Positions 55,663 to 64,000 of a stretch of DNA of 64,000 nucleotides are shown here, one piece after another. This DNA comes from an uncultured virus (IMG/VR IMGVR_UViG_3300050821_004861) (taxonomy: Duplodnaviria > Heunggongvirae > Uroviricota > Caudoviricetes), in IMG/VR virus record IMGVR_UViG_3300050821_004861. The stretch is one strand, 5' to 3'. The notes below the pieces were generated by a model, which worked only from the letters and a program-made list of their open reading frames with translations, did not search any database and had not been told where the DNA came from. Within the stretch, counting starts at the first letter, position 1. Each line of letters starts with the position of its first letter. The position numbers were made by a program, and so were the translations under genes.

Positions 55663-57466
55663 TATTGGCGGCGTTGATTTATTATCTGGCGGTCCTGGAG
55701 GGCCGCCACAACCTTGGACCGTAAGGGGCTATACTGCCACTTATGAAGGTTGTGTTATGGTTCCATCCGGAGTTGCTGGAGGCAACACGGGACCAGGAAC
55801 TATTAACGCAAATGATATTTATATCCAAGGTACCAGACTAGAAGTTACACTTGGACATTATTTACCATTAACAGGAGGTACTCTTACTGGTCCTTTAAAT
55901 ATATCTGATCCTTCTCATTTAAATATAGGAGGTGGCTTATCTGGTAACGTACTTGCATCAAATGGATTAGGAGGTACATATTGGACTAATGTTCCGCCAG
56001 GCGGCCCTTTTCTAAAGCTATCTGGCGGAGTTATGACTGGGCTTTTAACTATACCAGGCATAAATCTTTTATCCATATCTGGAGGCAATTTAGGTCAAAT
56101 TATTAGAACAGATGGACAAGGGAATTTAACTTGGATTAATCAAGGAGGAGGTAATTTACCACAACCTACACCTCCACAAATGGGTTTCGTATTAGCTACA
56201 GATGGCGCTACAACGCCTTATTGGACTAATGTACTACCTGGCGGTCCATTCCTAACTATCGCTAATGCTGCGTCAACTTATCTGCCTTTGGCAGGAGGCG
56301 CACTAACTGGACCTTTGACAACTAATAGTACCATTACTTTAGCTGCTGATCCTACTGCTGCGCTCCAAGTCCCTACAAAGCAGTATGTGGATAATACTAC
56401 TGTCACGTTATCTGGTGATACGATGACAGGTCCATTAATTTTAAATGCTGATCCTGTAGTAGCATTGGGCGCAGTAACAAAACAATATGTTGATAATAAA
56501 TCTGCTGGAAATAATCGACTTATTAATGGTGATATGTGGGTTAATCAACGTGCTGTTGCAACAGCAGTGGCAGGAGCAGCCAGCGTATACACACTTGATA
56601 GATGGCTATGTGCTGCTTCTGTAGCTAGTAAAGGTTCATGGAGTCAAAATGACAATGGTATAGGTGCTGTACCATTTAAATATAGTTTAGGTTTTGTATC
56701 ATCTTCAGCTTATGTTTCATTAGCTTCTGATTATTTTGAATTTATGCAATATATTGAAGCAGATATGATTACTGATTTTATGTGGGGAAGTGCTGCCGCG
56801 CAACCAATTACATTATCATTTTATATGTATTCTAATCAATCTGGTACATTTACTGGTTCTATACGTAATGCTGCTTCCACTCGCTCTTATGTATTTTCTT
56901 GGCCATTTGTAACTACTGGAGGTTGGCAAAGAATTGTTATTAATATACCAGGAGATGCTGTTGGCACTTGGGTAATGGCAGGTAATGCAGCTTCATTTAA
57001 TTTAACCTTTTGTCTTGGTGCTGGATCTACATACCTTACTGCTTTTACTGGTACATGGATAGCTGGAAATTTTTTGGGTGTAATAGGTTCTGTTAATATT
57101 CCTTCAATTAATGCAGCAAACTTTTATGTAACTGGTGTTAAAATTGAAAAAGGAAATGTAGCTTCTCCATATCATAGTGAAACATTAGATAAGAAATTAG
57201 CTGATTGTCAACGGTATTTTCAAACATATTCTAATGTTTTAATTGGTGGATATCAAGCTGCTGGTGGTCTTGTGTACATTCCTACAATGTTTCCAGTTCA
57301 AATGCGTGCTAATCCAACTGTGGCATATGGTACGATTAACTATTCTAATGCTTCAGCATTGACTGCTGGACTTATTTCTGCTACTTTGATTCGTTGGCAA
57401 GTAGCTATTACAGCAGCAGGATATGGATATGGACAAGCACCTCTTACATTGACTGCGGAGTTGTAA
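55655..57466 (+). CDS. tail fibre / receptor-binding protein
   Basis: LPL.GG.LTG repeats, TKQYVD, NRLINGDM..NQR, CQRYF. Confidence 0.75.
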   Translation: MVDIGGVDLLSGGPGGPPQPWTVRGYTATYEGCVMVPSGVAGGNTGPGTINANDIYIQGTRLEVTLGHYLPLTGGTLTGPLNISDPSHLNIGGGLSGNVLASNGLGGTYWTNVPPGGPFLKLSGGVMTGLLTIPGINLLSISGGNLGQIIRTDGQGNLTWINQGGGNLPQPTPPQMGFVLATDGATTPYWTNVLPGGPFLTIANAASTYLPLAGGALTGPLTTNSTITLAADPTAALQVPTKQYVDNTTVTLSGDTMTGPLILNADPVVALGAVTKQYVDNKSAGNNRLINGDMWVNQRAVATAVAGAASVYTLDRWLCAASVASKGSWSQNDNGIGAVPFKYSLGFVSSSAYVSLASDYFEFMQYIEADMITDFMWGSAAAQPITLSFYMYSNQSGTFTGSIRNAASTRSYVFSWPFVTTGGWQRIVINIPGDAVGTWVMAGNAASFNLTFCLGAGSTYLTAFTGTWIAGNFLGVIGSVNIPSINAANFYVTGVKIEKGNVASPYHSETLDKKLADCQRYFQTYSNVLIGGYQAAGGLVYIPTMFPVQMRANPTVAYGTINYSNASALTAGLISATLIRWQVAITAAGYGYGQAPLTLTAEL

Positions 57467-57955
57467 ATGTCATATACATATACAGCGCATCCGAATCAAG
57501 TAGAACGTGACGAAGATAAAGCTATTATCCCAGAAGATATGGGAAATATAGATTGGGTTGCATATCAAGATTGGCTTGCAGAAGGAAATGTGACAAATCC
57601 ATATGTTCCTCCTCCACCAACTAGACAACAAGAAATTGATGCATATATGGCACAAGGTCTTACAATCAATGCTACGAATAGCACAATGGGTTCAGGTAGA
57701 TTTGGAGTAGTTCCTCCATATAGTGATATAGTCAATTCTAACGCAACTTATTTTAATTCCAATACTAATTTTCCTGGCGGTTTACCTTATGCTGAAATTG
57801 TTGATTTAGATGGTACATATCATAGCATACCTGGTAGCAAACACAATACTGATTGGGCTAGATTTGTTGCTGATATTGGTACTTTTGTTCATCAATGTCA
57901 TCTTTATGCAGCAGGTTTTGTTGATGTACTTCCACCCAATGTTGTAGACTTATAA
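57467..57955 (+). CDS. tail fibre accessory protein
   Basis: IP.D..N.D...Y..WLAEGN. Confidence 0.6.
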   Translation: MSYTYTAHPNQVERDEDKAIIPEDMGNIDWVAYQDWLAEGNVTNPYVPPPPTRQQEIDAYMAQGLTINATNSTMGSGRFGVVPPYSDIVNSNATYFNSNTNFPGGLPYAEIVDLDGTYHSIPGSKHNTDWARFVADIGTFVHQCHLYAAGFVDVLPPNVVDL

Positions 57956-59820
57956 TGTCAGAAGTCCTTACACAAGACTTAATGGGTGGCGGTCCTGGTA
58001 CGCCACCACAACCTTGGACTGTTGTAGGAGGAACAGTCCAATATGATGGAGCAGTATTAGTTCCATCTAATGTAGAAGGTGGATTTATTGAAGAAGGATC
58101 TATTAATGCCAATAATTATTATATAAAAGGTATAAAAGTTGATAATCCAATTAACAAATATTTGTTGCTTTCTGGAGGTACATTAACAGGTCCATTAAAT
58201 ATATCTGGACCGAGTGCTCTCATTATCCCTGGTGGCGCCCCAGGATATATGTTGGTCACTAATGGATCTGGAGGTCTAAGTTGGTCAGCTAATCCTACAG
58301 GTGGACCATATTTAAAGCTATCAGGAGGAACTTTATCTGGTAAATTAATTCTAGCTAATCCAACATTGTTCGGTTTGGGTGGTGGCGCAGCAGGTCAAAA
58401 TCTTGCTACAGATGGTGCTGGTAATCTATATTGGATGACACCTACTGGCTTTGCTTTCTTTGATGCGCCCAGCGACAGTACCACTTATGCTAGAAATAAT
58501 GCAAATTGGGTACATCTAAAGCGTACAGATATTTCAGATTGGACGAGTGGTGCTGCTGCGAATATTGGCGCCGCTCCTCCAGCTACTCCTTTAAATGGTA
58601 ATTTGTGGTGGGATTCTGTTGGGGCGCAACTTTATATTAGCTATAATGATGGTACTTCAACGCAATGGGTAATTGCGAATAATACTCAAGGTCTTGTAGA
58701 TGCGCCCACAGATGGAGCGTTTTATGGACGCTCAAATGCTTTGTGGGCAAAGGGATTACCGCTAACTGGTGGAACATTAACTGGAATACTTACACTAGCT
58801 TCTGATCCAAGTAATCCTTTGGATGCTGCTACAAAGAATTATGCTGATACTAGAAATATTAATCCAAATAAAATTATAAATGGAGATATGAGGATTAATC
58901 AACGTGGACTTGCTAGTGGAACAGCAACTGGATATACTATTGATAGATGGCAATTTGCCGCAACTCTAGCAACCAAAGGTACTTGGTCACAAGCAACTGC
59001 TGGAGCAGGACTTTGGCCTTTTGGATTTTCTTATTATTTAAATTTTACTTCTAATTCAGCTTATGCGCCTGTTGCTGGTGATTATTTTACTTTTTATCAA
59101 GCAATAGAAGCTGATTTTATTACAGATACTGCCTGGGGAACACCAAACGCACAACCAGTTACAGTAACATTTGTATGTCAAGCTAGTATAGCTGGAATAT
59201 ATAGTGGTTGTATTCGTAATAGTGTTTCTGCCACTTATAGAGCATATCCATTTACTTTTAATATTCCATCCGCTGGTACATGGATAAAAATTTCTGTTAC
59301 AATTCCAGGAGATACTGTAGGTCCGTGGACAATAAATGGTAATACTGCTGGAATGTATTTGTGGTTTTGTTTTGGTGGATTAGGAGCACTTCTTGGTCCG
59401 CCAGGCGTATGGGCATCTGCGAATTATGTTGGCGCAACAGGGACAACCAATACTGTAGGAACTAATGGCGCAAACTTTATTTTTACTGGTGTTAAATTAG
59501 AAGTTGGTCCAGTTGCTACACCTTATGTTTTTGAATCATTAACTAAGAGACAAGCAGATTGTGATAGATATTTTCAAACATATGTTAATCATATGAATTG
59601 GAATTATGGCGGTGCTGGTGCTGCTACATATAGTTCATGGACATTACGTACAATAATGAACAAAGCTCCAACTGCGGTTTTTTCAGCTATAAGCTATAGT
59701 AATGCTGGCACTCTTACTTTATGGACTAGTAATCCAACAATGTTTGGAGTTTCATCTGTGCTTACAGCAGCAGGTGCTGGTTTTGCTTATTTCACTGTTG
59801 CTTTGAATGCTGAAATATGA
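57955..59820 (+). CDS. tail fibre / receptor-binding protein (paralog of 55655..57466)
   Basis: Foldon-like DAP.D...Y.R....W twice, IINGDM.INQR, CDRYF. Confidence 0.75.
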   Translation: MSEVLTQDLMGGGPGTPPQPWTVVGGTVQYDGAVLVPSNVEGGFIEEGSINANNYYIKGIKVDNPINKYLLLSGGTLTGPLNISGPSALIIPGGAPGYMLVTNGSGGLSWSANPTGGPYLKLSGGTLSGKLILANPTLFGLGGGAAGQNLATDGAGNLYWMTPTGFAFFDAPSDSTTYARNNANWVHLKRTDISDWTSGAAANIGAAPPATPLNGNLWWDSVGAQLYISYNDGTSTQWVIANNTQGLVDAPTDGAFYGRSNALWAKGLPLTGGTLTGILTLASDPSNPLDAATKNYADTRNINPNKIINGDMRINQRGLASGTATGYTIDRWQFAATLATKGTWSQATAGAGLWPFGFSYYLNFTSNSAYAPVAGDYFTFYQAIEADFITDTAWGTPNAQPVTVTFVCQASIAGIYSGCIRNSVSATYRAYPFTFNIPSAGTWIKISVTIPGDTVGPWTINGNTAGMYLWFCFGGLGALLGPPGVWASANYVGATGTTNTVGTNGANFIFTGVKLEVGPVATPYVFESLTKRQADCDRYFQTYVNHMNWNYGGAGAATYSSWTLRTIMNKAPTAVFSAISYSNAGTLTLWTSNPTMFGVSSVLTAAGAGFAYFTVALNAEI

Positions 59821-60734
59821 TTAATTTTCCAGACAATCCTACTGTAGGCCAGACTTTTACAGCTGGTGGTCTTACTTGGCAGTGGGATGGCACTAAATGG
59901 ATAATGATTACTGCACCTGGAGGAACCTATGTACCGCTTGCTGGCGGTATTATGACAGGGCCTTTGGTGCTTTCCGGTGATCCAACACTATTATTGGGCG
60001 CGGCTACAAAGCAATATGTTGATAGTATTATAAAAGTTGGTAGTATGATGATGTGGTGTACTATGACACCACCTCCTAATTGGTTGCTATGTGATGGAAC
60101 AATTTATCTCAATACAGCCATACCTATATTGGCTCCTGTATTAGGCAATAGATATGGAGGAGTTACTGGAACATCTAATGCTGTTCCTAATATGGTTGCA
60201 AAATTTATTCTTGGTGCAGGTGGTGCATACTCATTAAATGCAACAGGAGGTGAAGTAAATCATACTTTAACTACGGCTGAAATGCCTGTTCATGCACATA
60301 CATTAACTGATCCTACACATAATCATGGACATACAGATCCTGGACATAATCATGGTCATAGCGACCCTGGACATAATCACGGCCATACTGATCCTGGTCA
60401 TGCACATAGTATTGCTGATCCAGGACACGTACATAGTACTGGGCAACAATATCTTAATCCAACTGGTGGATCGAATGTTGCTGGCGGTCCCCCGTGGGGT
60501 TTCCCAGGTGCTATAAATGTTGCCGCAGCAGGAACTGGTATAGGAATTTATGCTGTTGGTACAGGTATGGTAAATGTTGCAGCAGGAACTGGTATGGCAA
60601 ATGTTGCAGCAGTAACTAGTATGGTAAATGTTGCAGCAGGAACTGGTATAACAATGGCAAATGCAGGTTCTGGTAGCCCGCATAATAATATGCCACCATA
60701 TATAGCGATCCCTATCATCATGAGGTATCAATGA
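59817..60734 (+). CDS. tail collar / short fibre protein with His-rich tip
   Basis: G....W....PP.NWLLCDG, TGGE..HTLT..EMP.H.H, DPGHxH repeats. Confidence 0.75.
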   Translation: MINFPDNPTVGQTFTAGGLTWQWDGTKWIMITAPGGTYVPLAGGIMTGPLVLSGDPTLLLGAATKQYVDSIIKVGSMMMWCTMTPPPNWLLCDGTIYLNTAIPILAPVLGNRYGGVTGTSNAVPNMVAKFILGAGGAYSLNATGGEVNHTLTTAEMPVHAHTLTDPTHNHGHTDPGHNHGHSDPGHNHGHTDPGHAHSIADPGHVHSTGQQYLNPTGGSNVAGGPPWGFPGAINVAAAGTGIGIYAVGTGMVNVAAGTGMANVAAVTSMVNVAAGTGITMANAGSGSPHNNMPPYIAIPIIMRYQ

Positions 60735-61003
60735 TGGCAAAGGTTATATTACCAGAAAAGCCAGTTTTTAATTATACATATAGAATAGATGGAAGAGGAA
60801 TCATTGTCCGTAATGAGGACAATGCATTGATTCCTAAAGATCCAAAAAATGTTGCATATCAAATATATCTTGATTGGTATGCAGAAGGCAATAGGCCAAT
60901 AATTGAAGATCCAATTGTGGAAGATGATATGATTCGTCCATTTGGAGTAAACCTAGAAAGAATAGAAAGAGGACTAAAAGATGAATATGCCCCTAAGAAA
61001 TGA
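60731..61003 (+). CDS. tail fibre accessory protein
   Basis: IP.DP.N..YQ.YL.W.AEGN. Confidence 0.6.
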   Translation: MMAKVILPEKPVFNYTYRIDGRGIIVRNEDNALIPKDPKNVAYQIYLDWYAEGNRPIIEDPIVEDDMIRPFGVNLERIERGLKDEYAPKK

Positions 61004-61190
61004 ACCTGTAATGGTTCCTGATATTCTCCTCACAGGAGAAGCTGTGAGCAACATTCTAATGGCACTTAATAATGCCATTGTATTCGTAAAGGCACAAGAT
61101 GGATCAATGCGTCCGTTTGTTGATCCTCAACCTATCAACAATGTTATACAAGCAGCAATTCAAACTGCTCTAAAGCCACCTGGAGGTTAA
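60981..61190 (+). CDS. hypothetical protein
   Basis: GAGG RBS. Confidence 0.5.
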   Translation: MNMPLRNEPVMVPDILLTGEAVSNILMALNNAIVFVKAQDGSMRPFVDPQPINNVIQAAIQTALKPPGG

Positions 61191-61191
61191 T

Positions 61192-61368
61192 ATGTCAATA
61201 GGCACACTCCTAGTCATTATCCTAATTATAATATTGATAGGAGGTGTAGGTGGTCCTTGGATAGGAAGACCTCAATATTACGGCTATGGCTATGGACATA
61301 GCGGCATTGGGATAGTAGGCGTTATTCTAATCATAGTGCTTATTCTGGCATTAACTGGGCGCTTCTAA
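61192..61368 (+). CDS. DUF3309-like small membrane protein (not in ORF track): MSIGTLLVIILIIILIGGVGGPWIGRPQYYGYGYGHSGIGIVGVILIIVLILALTGRF
   Basis: GGAGGT RBS; two TM helices, GYG loop and a terminal GR(F). Confidence 0.7.
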   Translation: MSIGTLLVIILIIILIGGVGGPWIGRPQYYGYGYGHSGIGIVGVILIIVLILALTGRF

Positions 61369-61541
61369 TGGATAATACCCTCACATGGTTCATTGTTGTG
61401 ATGCTACACGGAGCCAACTGTCCCGGTAAATGTGAGCCTACGCCTGCTGTTACTATTCAAATGCCATCCCAAGAAATCTGTGTGCAGGTCAAAATTATCA
61501 ATTCTGATCTCCCACTAGAATGTTGGGCCAAATCTAAATGA
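61368..61541 (+). CDS. small Cys-containing protein (not in ORF track)
   Basis: TAATG and ATGA coupling to both neighbours. Confidence 0.45.
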   Translation: MDNTLTWFIVVMLHGANCPGKCEPTPAVTIQMPSQEICVQVKIINSDLPLECWAKSK

Positions 61542-61729
61542 AGGCAACTGCTATGTCAATAGGTCTCTTGTTTTGGATCATCATGATCATAGGTTTCATC
61601 TTTTATGGATTTGTAACCTGGAGACCCATTGCTGGCAATCCCTATTTTAATGCAGCGCCAAATTATATTATTTGGATACTACTGTTTCTACTAGGCTGGG
61701 GCGTGTTCGGTCCTCCAATCCACGGGTGA
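61538..61729 (+). CDS. two-TM membrane protein (holin candidate)
   Basis: Two hydrophobic helices immediately before the endolysin. Confidence 0.5.
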   Translation: MKATAMSIGLLFWIIMIIGFIFYGFVTWRPIAGNPYFNAAPNYIIWILLFLLGWGVFGPPIHG

Positions 61730-61733
61730 GCAA

Positions 61734-62180
61734 ATGACTAATTTAACACCCAACTTCACTGTAGAAGAATTCACGACAAGTGAGACTGCTGCGCGCAAGG
61801 GCATTAACAATGTCCCACATCATAATAGTCAAGAACATAAAAATATGATACGTACTGCTGAACTTATGGAGAAGGTGCGCTCCATTCTTGGTGACAAACC
61901 AATTTTGATTAGTTCTGGTTATCGTAGTCCATCAGTTAACGCTGCTGTTGGTGGCAGTAAAAATAGTGCTCATATGAGTGCTTTAGCAGTCGATTTCATC
62001 TGCCCTAGTTTTGGAACACCTCTTGCCATCTGCAAAACGCTAGAATTGTATATGAAGGATCTTGGTATCGACCAGTTAATACATGAATATGGTACATGGG
62101 TACATTTGGGTCTACGCGATCCACCACGTCACCAAACTTTAACTATTGATAACAAAGGTACGCGTAACGGATTCACCTGA
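61734..62180 (+). CDS. endolysin, peptidase M15A family
   Basis: LTPNF..EE...S, ISSGYRS..VN.AVGG...SAH....AVD, QLI.EY..WVH. Confidence 0.85.
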   Translation: MTNLTPNFTVEEFTTSETAARKGINNVPHHNSQEHKNMIRTAELMEKVRSILGDKPILISSGYRSPSVNAAVGGSKNSAHMSALAVDFICPSFGTPLAICKTLELYMKDLGIDQLIHEYGTWVHLGLRDPPRHQTLTIDNKGTRNGFT

Positions 62181-62190
62181 GGAGGGGTAA

Positions 62191-62496
62191 TTGGGAATTA
62201 CTGAAGAGGCTGGGAAAGTTGGAGTGTCTGCCGTCACAGCTATGGCAAGCACTCCTTTGGCAATTGCCTTGTTAATTGTCAATGTAGGTTTTTTGGGTTT
62301 TGCAGGATATGTTTTGGGCGAAGTTGCAGCCAACGCATCTGAGCGCAACAAAACTCAAATGGATCTAATCGCACAATTAGTTGGCGATATTAGAGATTGT
62401 CGGCAAGGACCAAAACCTACAACTTGGCATAGTCCTAGTAGTGTTGTGGAACAACCTATAGATTATTTACCAAGTCCTTTGGATATGACAAAATGA
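62191..62496 (+). CDS. membrane protein (lysis accessory candidate)
   Basis: One TM helix; follows the endolysin. Confidence 0.5.
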   Translation: MGITEEAGKVGVSAVTAMASTPLAIALLIVNVGFLGFAGYVLGEVAANASERNKTQMDLIAQLVGDIRDCRQGPKPTTWHSPSSVVEQPIDYLPSPLDMTK

Positions 62497-63053
62497 ACGA
62501 ACATTTATCAGATTATATAATGATCACAGAACCTCTAATGACAAAGAATGTTTTGGATGAAATTTTATCCGACTTAAATGAAGTTGAGTGGCGCGTCCCA
62601 GATGCGATGTATGGTTATGATCGTACTTGTACGACATTCCCAGTATCATCAGCTGTTATAGGAAATTATCCAATACCAGCAGGTAAATTAGATAATGTCA
62701 AAAAAATTGACAATACATTATTGAGGGTAGTACATAAGGCATTACGAATTTATCAAGGAAGGTTTCCTGATATTCATACTCATTCTGATTCTGGTTTTGA
62801 TATACTACGTTATGATATTGGGCAGTATGTTGGTTCTCACATAGATGATCATGCTCCTAGAGTATTATCCATGTCAATCGGTCTTAATGATGACTATACA
62901 GGAGGAGAGTTTAGATTTTGGAGAAATGATGATCATATCATCAAAGTACCGTCTGGCTGTGCCATAATGTTCCCGCCAAACTTCATGTATCCGCATGAAG
63001 TTTTACCAATAAAATCTGGTGTTCGATATTCAATGCTTACTTGGTTTGTATAA
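62493..63053 (+). CDS. 2OG-Fe(II) oxygenase (prolyl-4-hydroxylase-like)
   Basis: LRY..G....HID...R.LS....LNDDY.GGEF...FP....Y.HEV.P...G.RYS...W. Confidence 0.85.
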   Translation: MNEHLSDYIMITEPLMTKNVLDEILSDLNEVEWRVPDAMYGYDRTCTTFPVSSAVIGNYPIPAGKLDNVKKIDNTLLRVVHKALRIYQGRFPDIHTHSDSGFDILRYDIGQYVGSHIDDHAPRVLSMSIGLNDDYTGGEFRFWRNDDHIIKVPSGCAIMFPPNFMYPHEVLPIKSGVRYSMLTWFV

Positions 63054-63071
63054 CCATATAATAGAGGCGTA

Positions 63072-63323
63072 ATGAGTGACGAAGATAAACGTACAATTGC
63101 GATCGTTACCATTATTGCCGTAGTTGGCGTATTTGGTTTATTATATATGTTATTGGGAATAGGGTTTTATGCTGAATATGAATGTGTTCAATTTTATATT
63201 ATGAAACAAGATAAAATACCACCAGTTTGTTCTAGTGGAGATTTTAGTAAAACATTGCTGGAATTTGCAGGTCTTATGATTGGCGTATTAGCAGCCATTA
63301 AAGTCTTTATGGGAAATATGTAG
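63072..63323 (+). CDS. two-TM membrane protein
   Basis: GAGG RBS; hydrophobic ends. Confidence 0.55.
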   Translation: MSDEDKRTIAIVTIIAVVGVFGLLYMLLGIGFYAEYECVQFYIMKQDKIPPVCSSGDFSKTLLEFAGLMIGVLAAIKVFMGNM

Positions 63324-63350
63324 AAGGGGGCTTTTGGCCCCCTTCCTTTT
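63323..63350 (+). terminator. intrinsic terminator between convergent genes
   Basis: GAAGGGGGC-TTTTG-GCCCCCTTC-CTTTT. Confidence 0.65.
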
Positions 63351-63359
63351 AGTGGCGCC

Positions 63360-64000
63360 TCAGAACGCTACGTTGAGACGATCCTTGCGCGAACGCTTGA
63401 TACCAAAGAACGCCATAAGACCGAAGCCGAGTCCAAGCATTGCCCAAGTCGAGGGCTCAGGAATCGCCGCAGTCTCCATGCTCTCGTTGAACCCCGTGAT
63501 GGAGGCGCCACCACGAAGACCAAGAGTAGCCGCTTCCGTCATGCTAAACGCACCATCCGCCGAGAATGGCGAAAGGTTCGTACCAGCGAACGAGAACGGG
63601 TTGGTAGTCGGCGAGCCGCTGTCCTGAAACAGCGTCGTGCCAGGCGTGCTGAGTCCGATTCCAGCCGGTTGGCCGTTGGCAGAATCAGCAAAGAAGCCAA
63701 GCGTCGAAGGCCCTGACCCAAGTGCATCGTTGAAGGTCAATGACGCGCTCTCGCGGATGCCATTAACTGGGCCGACGAAGTTGGTATCGCCAACCACGAT
63801 TCTCAGCGCACCCGTGCTTGGACCGCTGTTCGAGATCAGCGAAGTTGAGAACTGGAGATTGTCCTCACCCGCGCCGCTAACGCTTGCTGCCACAGTACCG
63901 ATAATGTGGAACGCACCGACCGTGGTGTTCAAGATGATGATGTTGTTCGACGGGCCAGCAAGATCGCAGGCCTGACCATCAGCACAAGTAACCACAGTCG
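63360..64000 (-). CDS. PEP-CTERM (PEPxxWA type) surface protein, 5' end beyond the window
   Basis: C-terminal IPEPSTWAMLGLGFGLMAFFGIKRSRK: PEP, TM helix and basic cluster. Confidence 0.85.
   Translation of the reverse strand, partial: TVVTCADGQACDLAGPSNNIIILNTTVGAFHIIGTVAASVSGAGEDNLQFSTSLISNSGPSTGALRIVVGDTNFVGPVNGIRESASLTFNDALGSGPSTLGFFADSANGQPAGIGLSTPGTTLFQDSGSPTTNPFSFAGTNLSPFSADGAFSMTEAATLGLRGGASITGFNESMETAAIPEPSTWAMLGLGFGLMAFFGIKRSRKDRLNVAF

Noticed and set aside
55655..59820. Paralogous fibre C-termini as a diversity-generating retroelement TR/VR pair
   Set aside because: No reverse transcriptase in the window, and divergence is general rather than adenine-specific.
60300..60660. Tandem nucleotide repeats in the tail collar gene
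   Set aside because: They simply encode DPGHxH and NVAAGTG peptide repeats typical of fibre tips.
1..64000. tRNA, rRNA, integrase or transposase genes
   Set aside because: None recognised by eye. tRNAscan-SE/ARAGORN and HMM searches would be needed to exclude them fully.

Overview
The whole window is part of a tailed dsDNA bacteriophage genome (Caudoviricetes, contractile tail; the head-tail module is of the DUF1073-portal / DUF2213-protease type), roughly 40% GC by eye. The host is probably an alphaproteobacterium, based on a PEPxxWA-CTERM protein, a DUF3309-like protein and GAAC-N7-GAAC SOS-like boxes. Layout: 1-637 is the C-terminal part of a RepB-type primase. 634-14133 is a long leftward array of about 40 small accessory genes. 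14.2-21.4 kb is a replication/control region with two divergent primase-associated helicase paralogs, a displaced terminase small subunit, iteron-like repeats and a compositional island. 21.4-26.8 kb holds leftward genes (MazG-like, DfrB-like, VRR-NUC-like nuclease, NusG paralog). 27.1-63.3 kb is the rightward packaging, head, tail, baseplate, multi-fibre and lysis operon, and 63.4-64 kb is a PEP-CTERM gene. The main discovery is seven type II hammerhead ribozyme motifs on the sense (minus) strand between 7.7 and 13.2 kb. Each has an intact CUGANGA/GAAA core and covarying stems, starts 0-1 nt after a stop codon and ends just before the next start codon, so the polycistronic mRNA would cut itself into gene-sized pieces. 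Other notable signals are a second recurring two-hairpin intergenic motif, a ~700 bp zone with no TGA/TGG/TCA/CCA flanked by zones packed with them, and an H-type pseudoknot next to the RBS after the major capsid gene. All family assignments come from motif recognition by eye, not from database searches.
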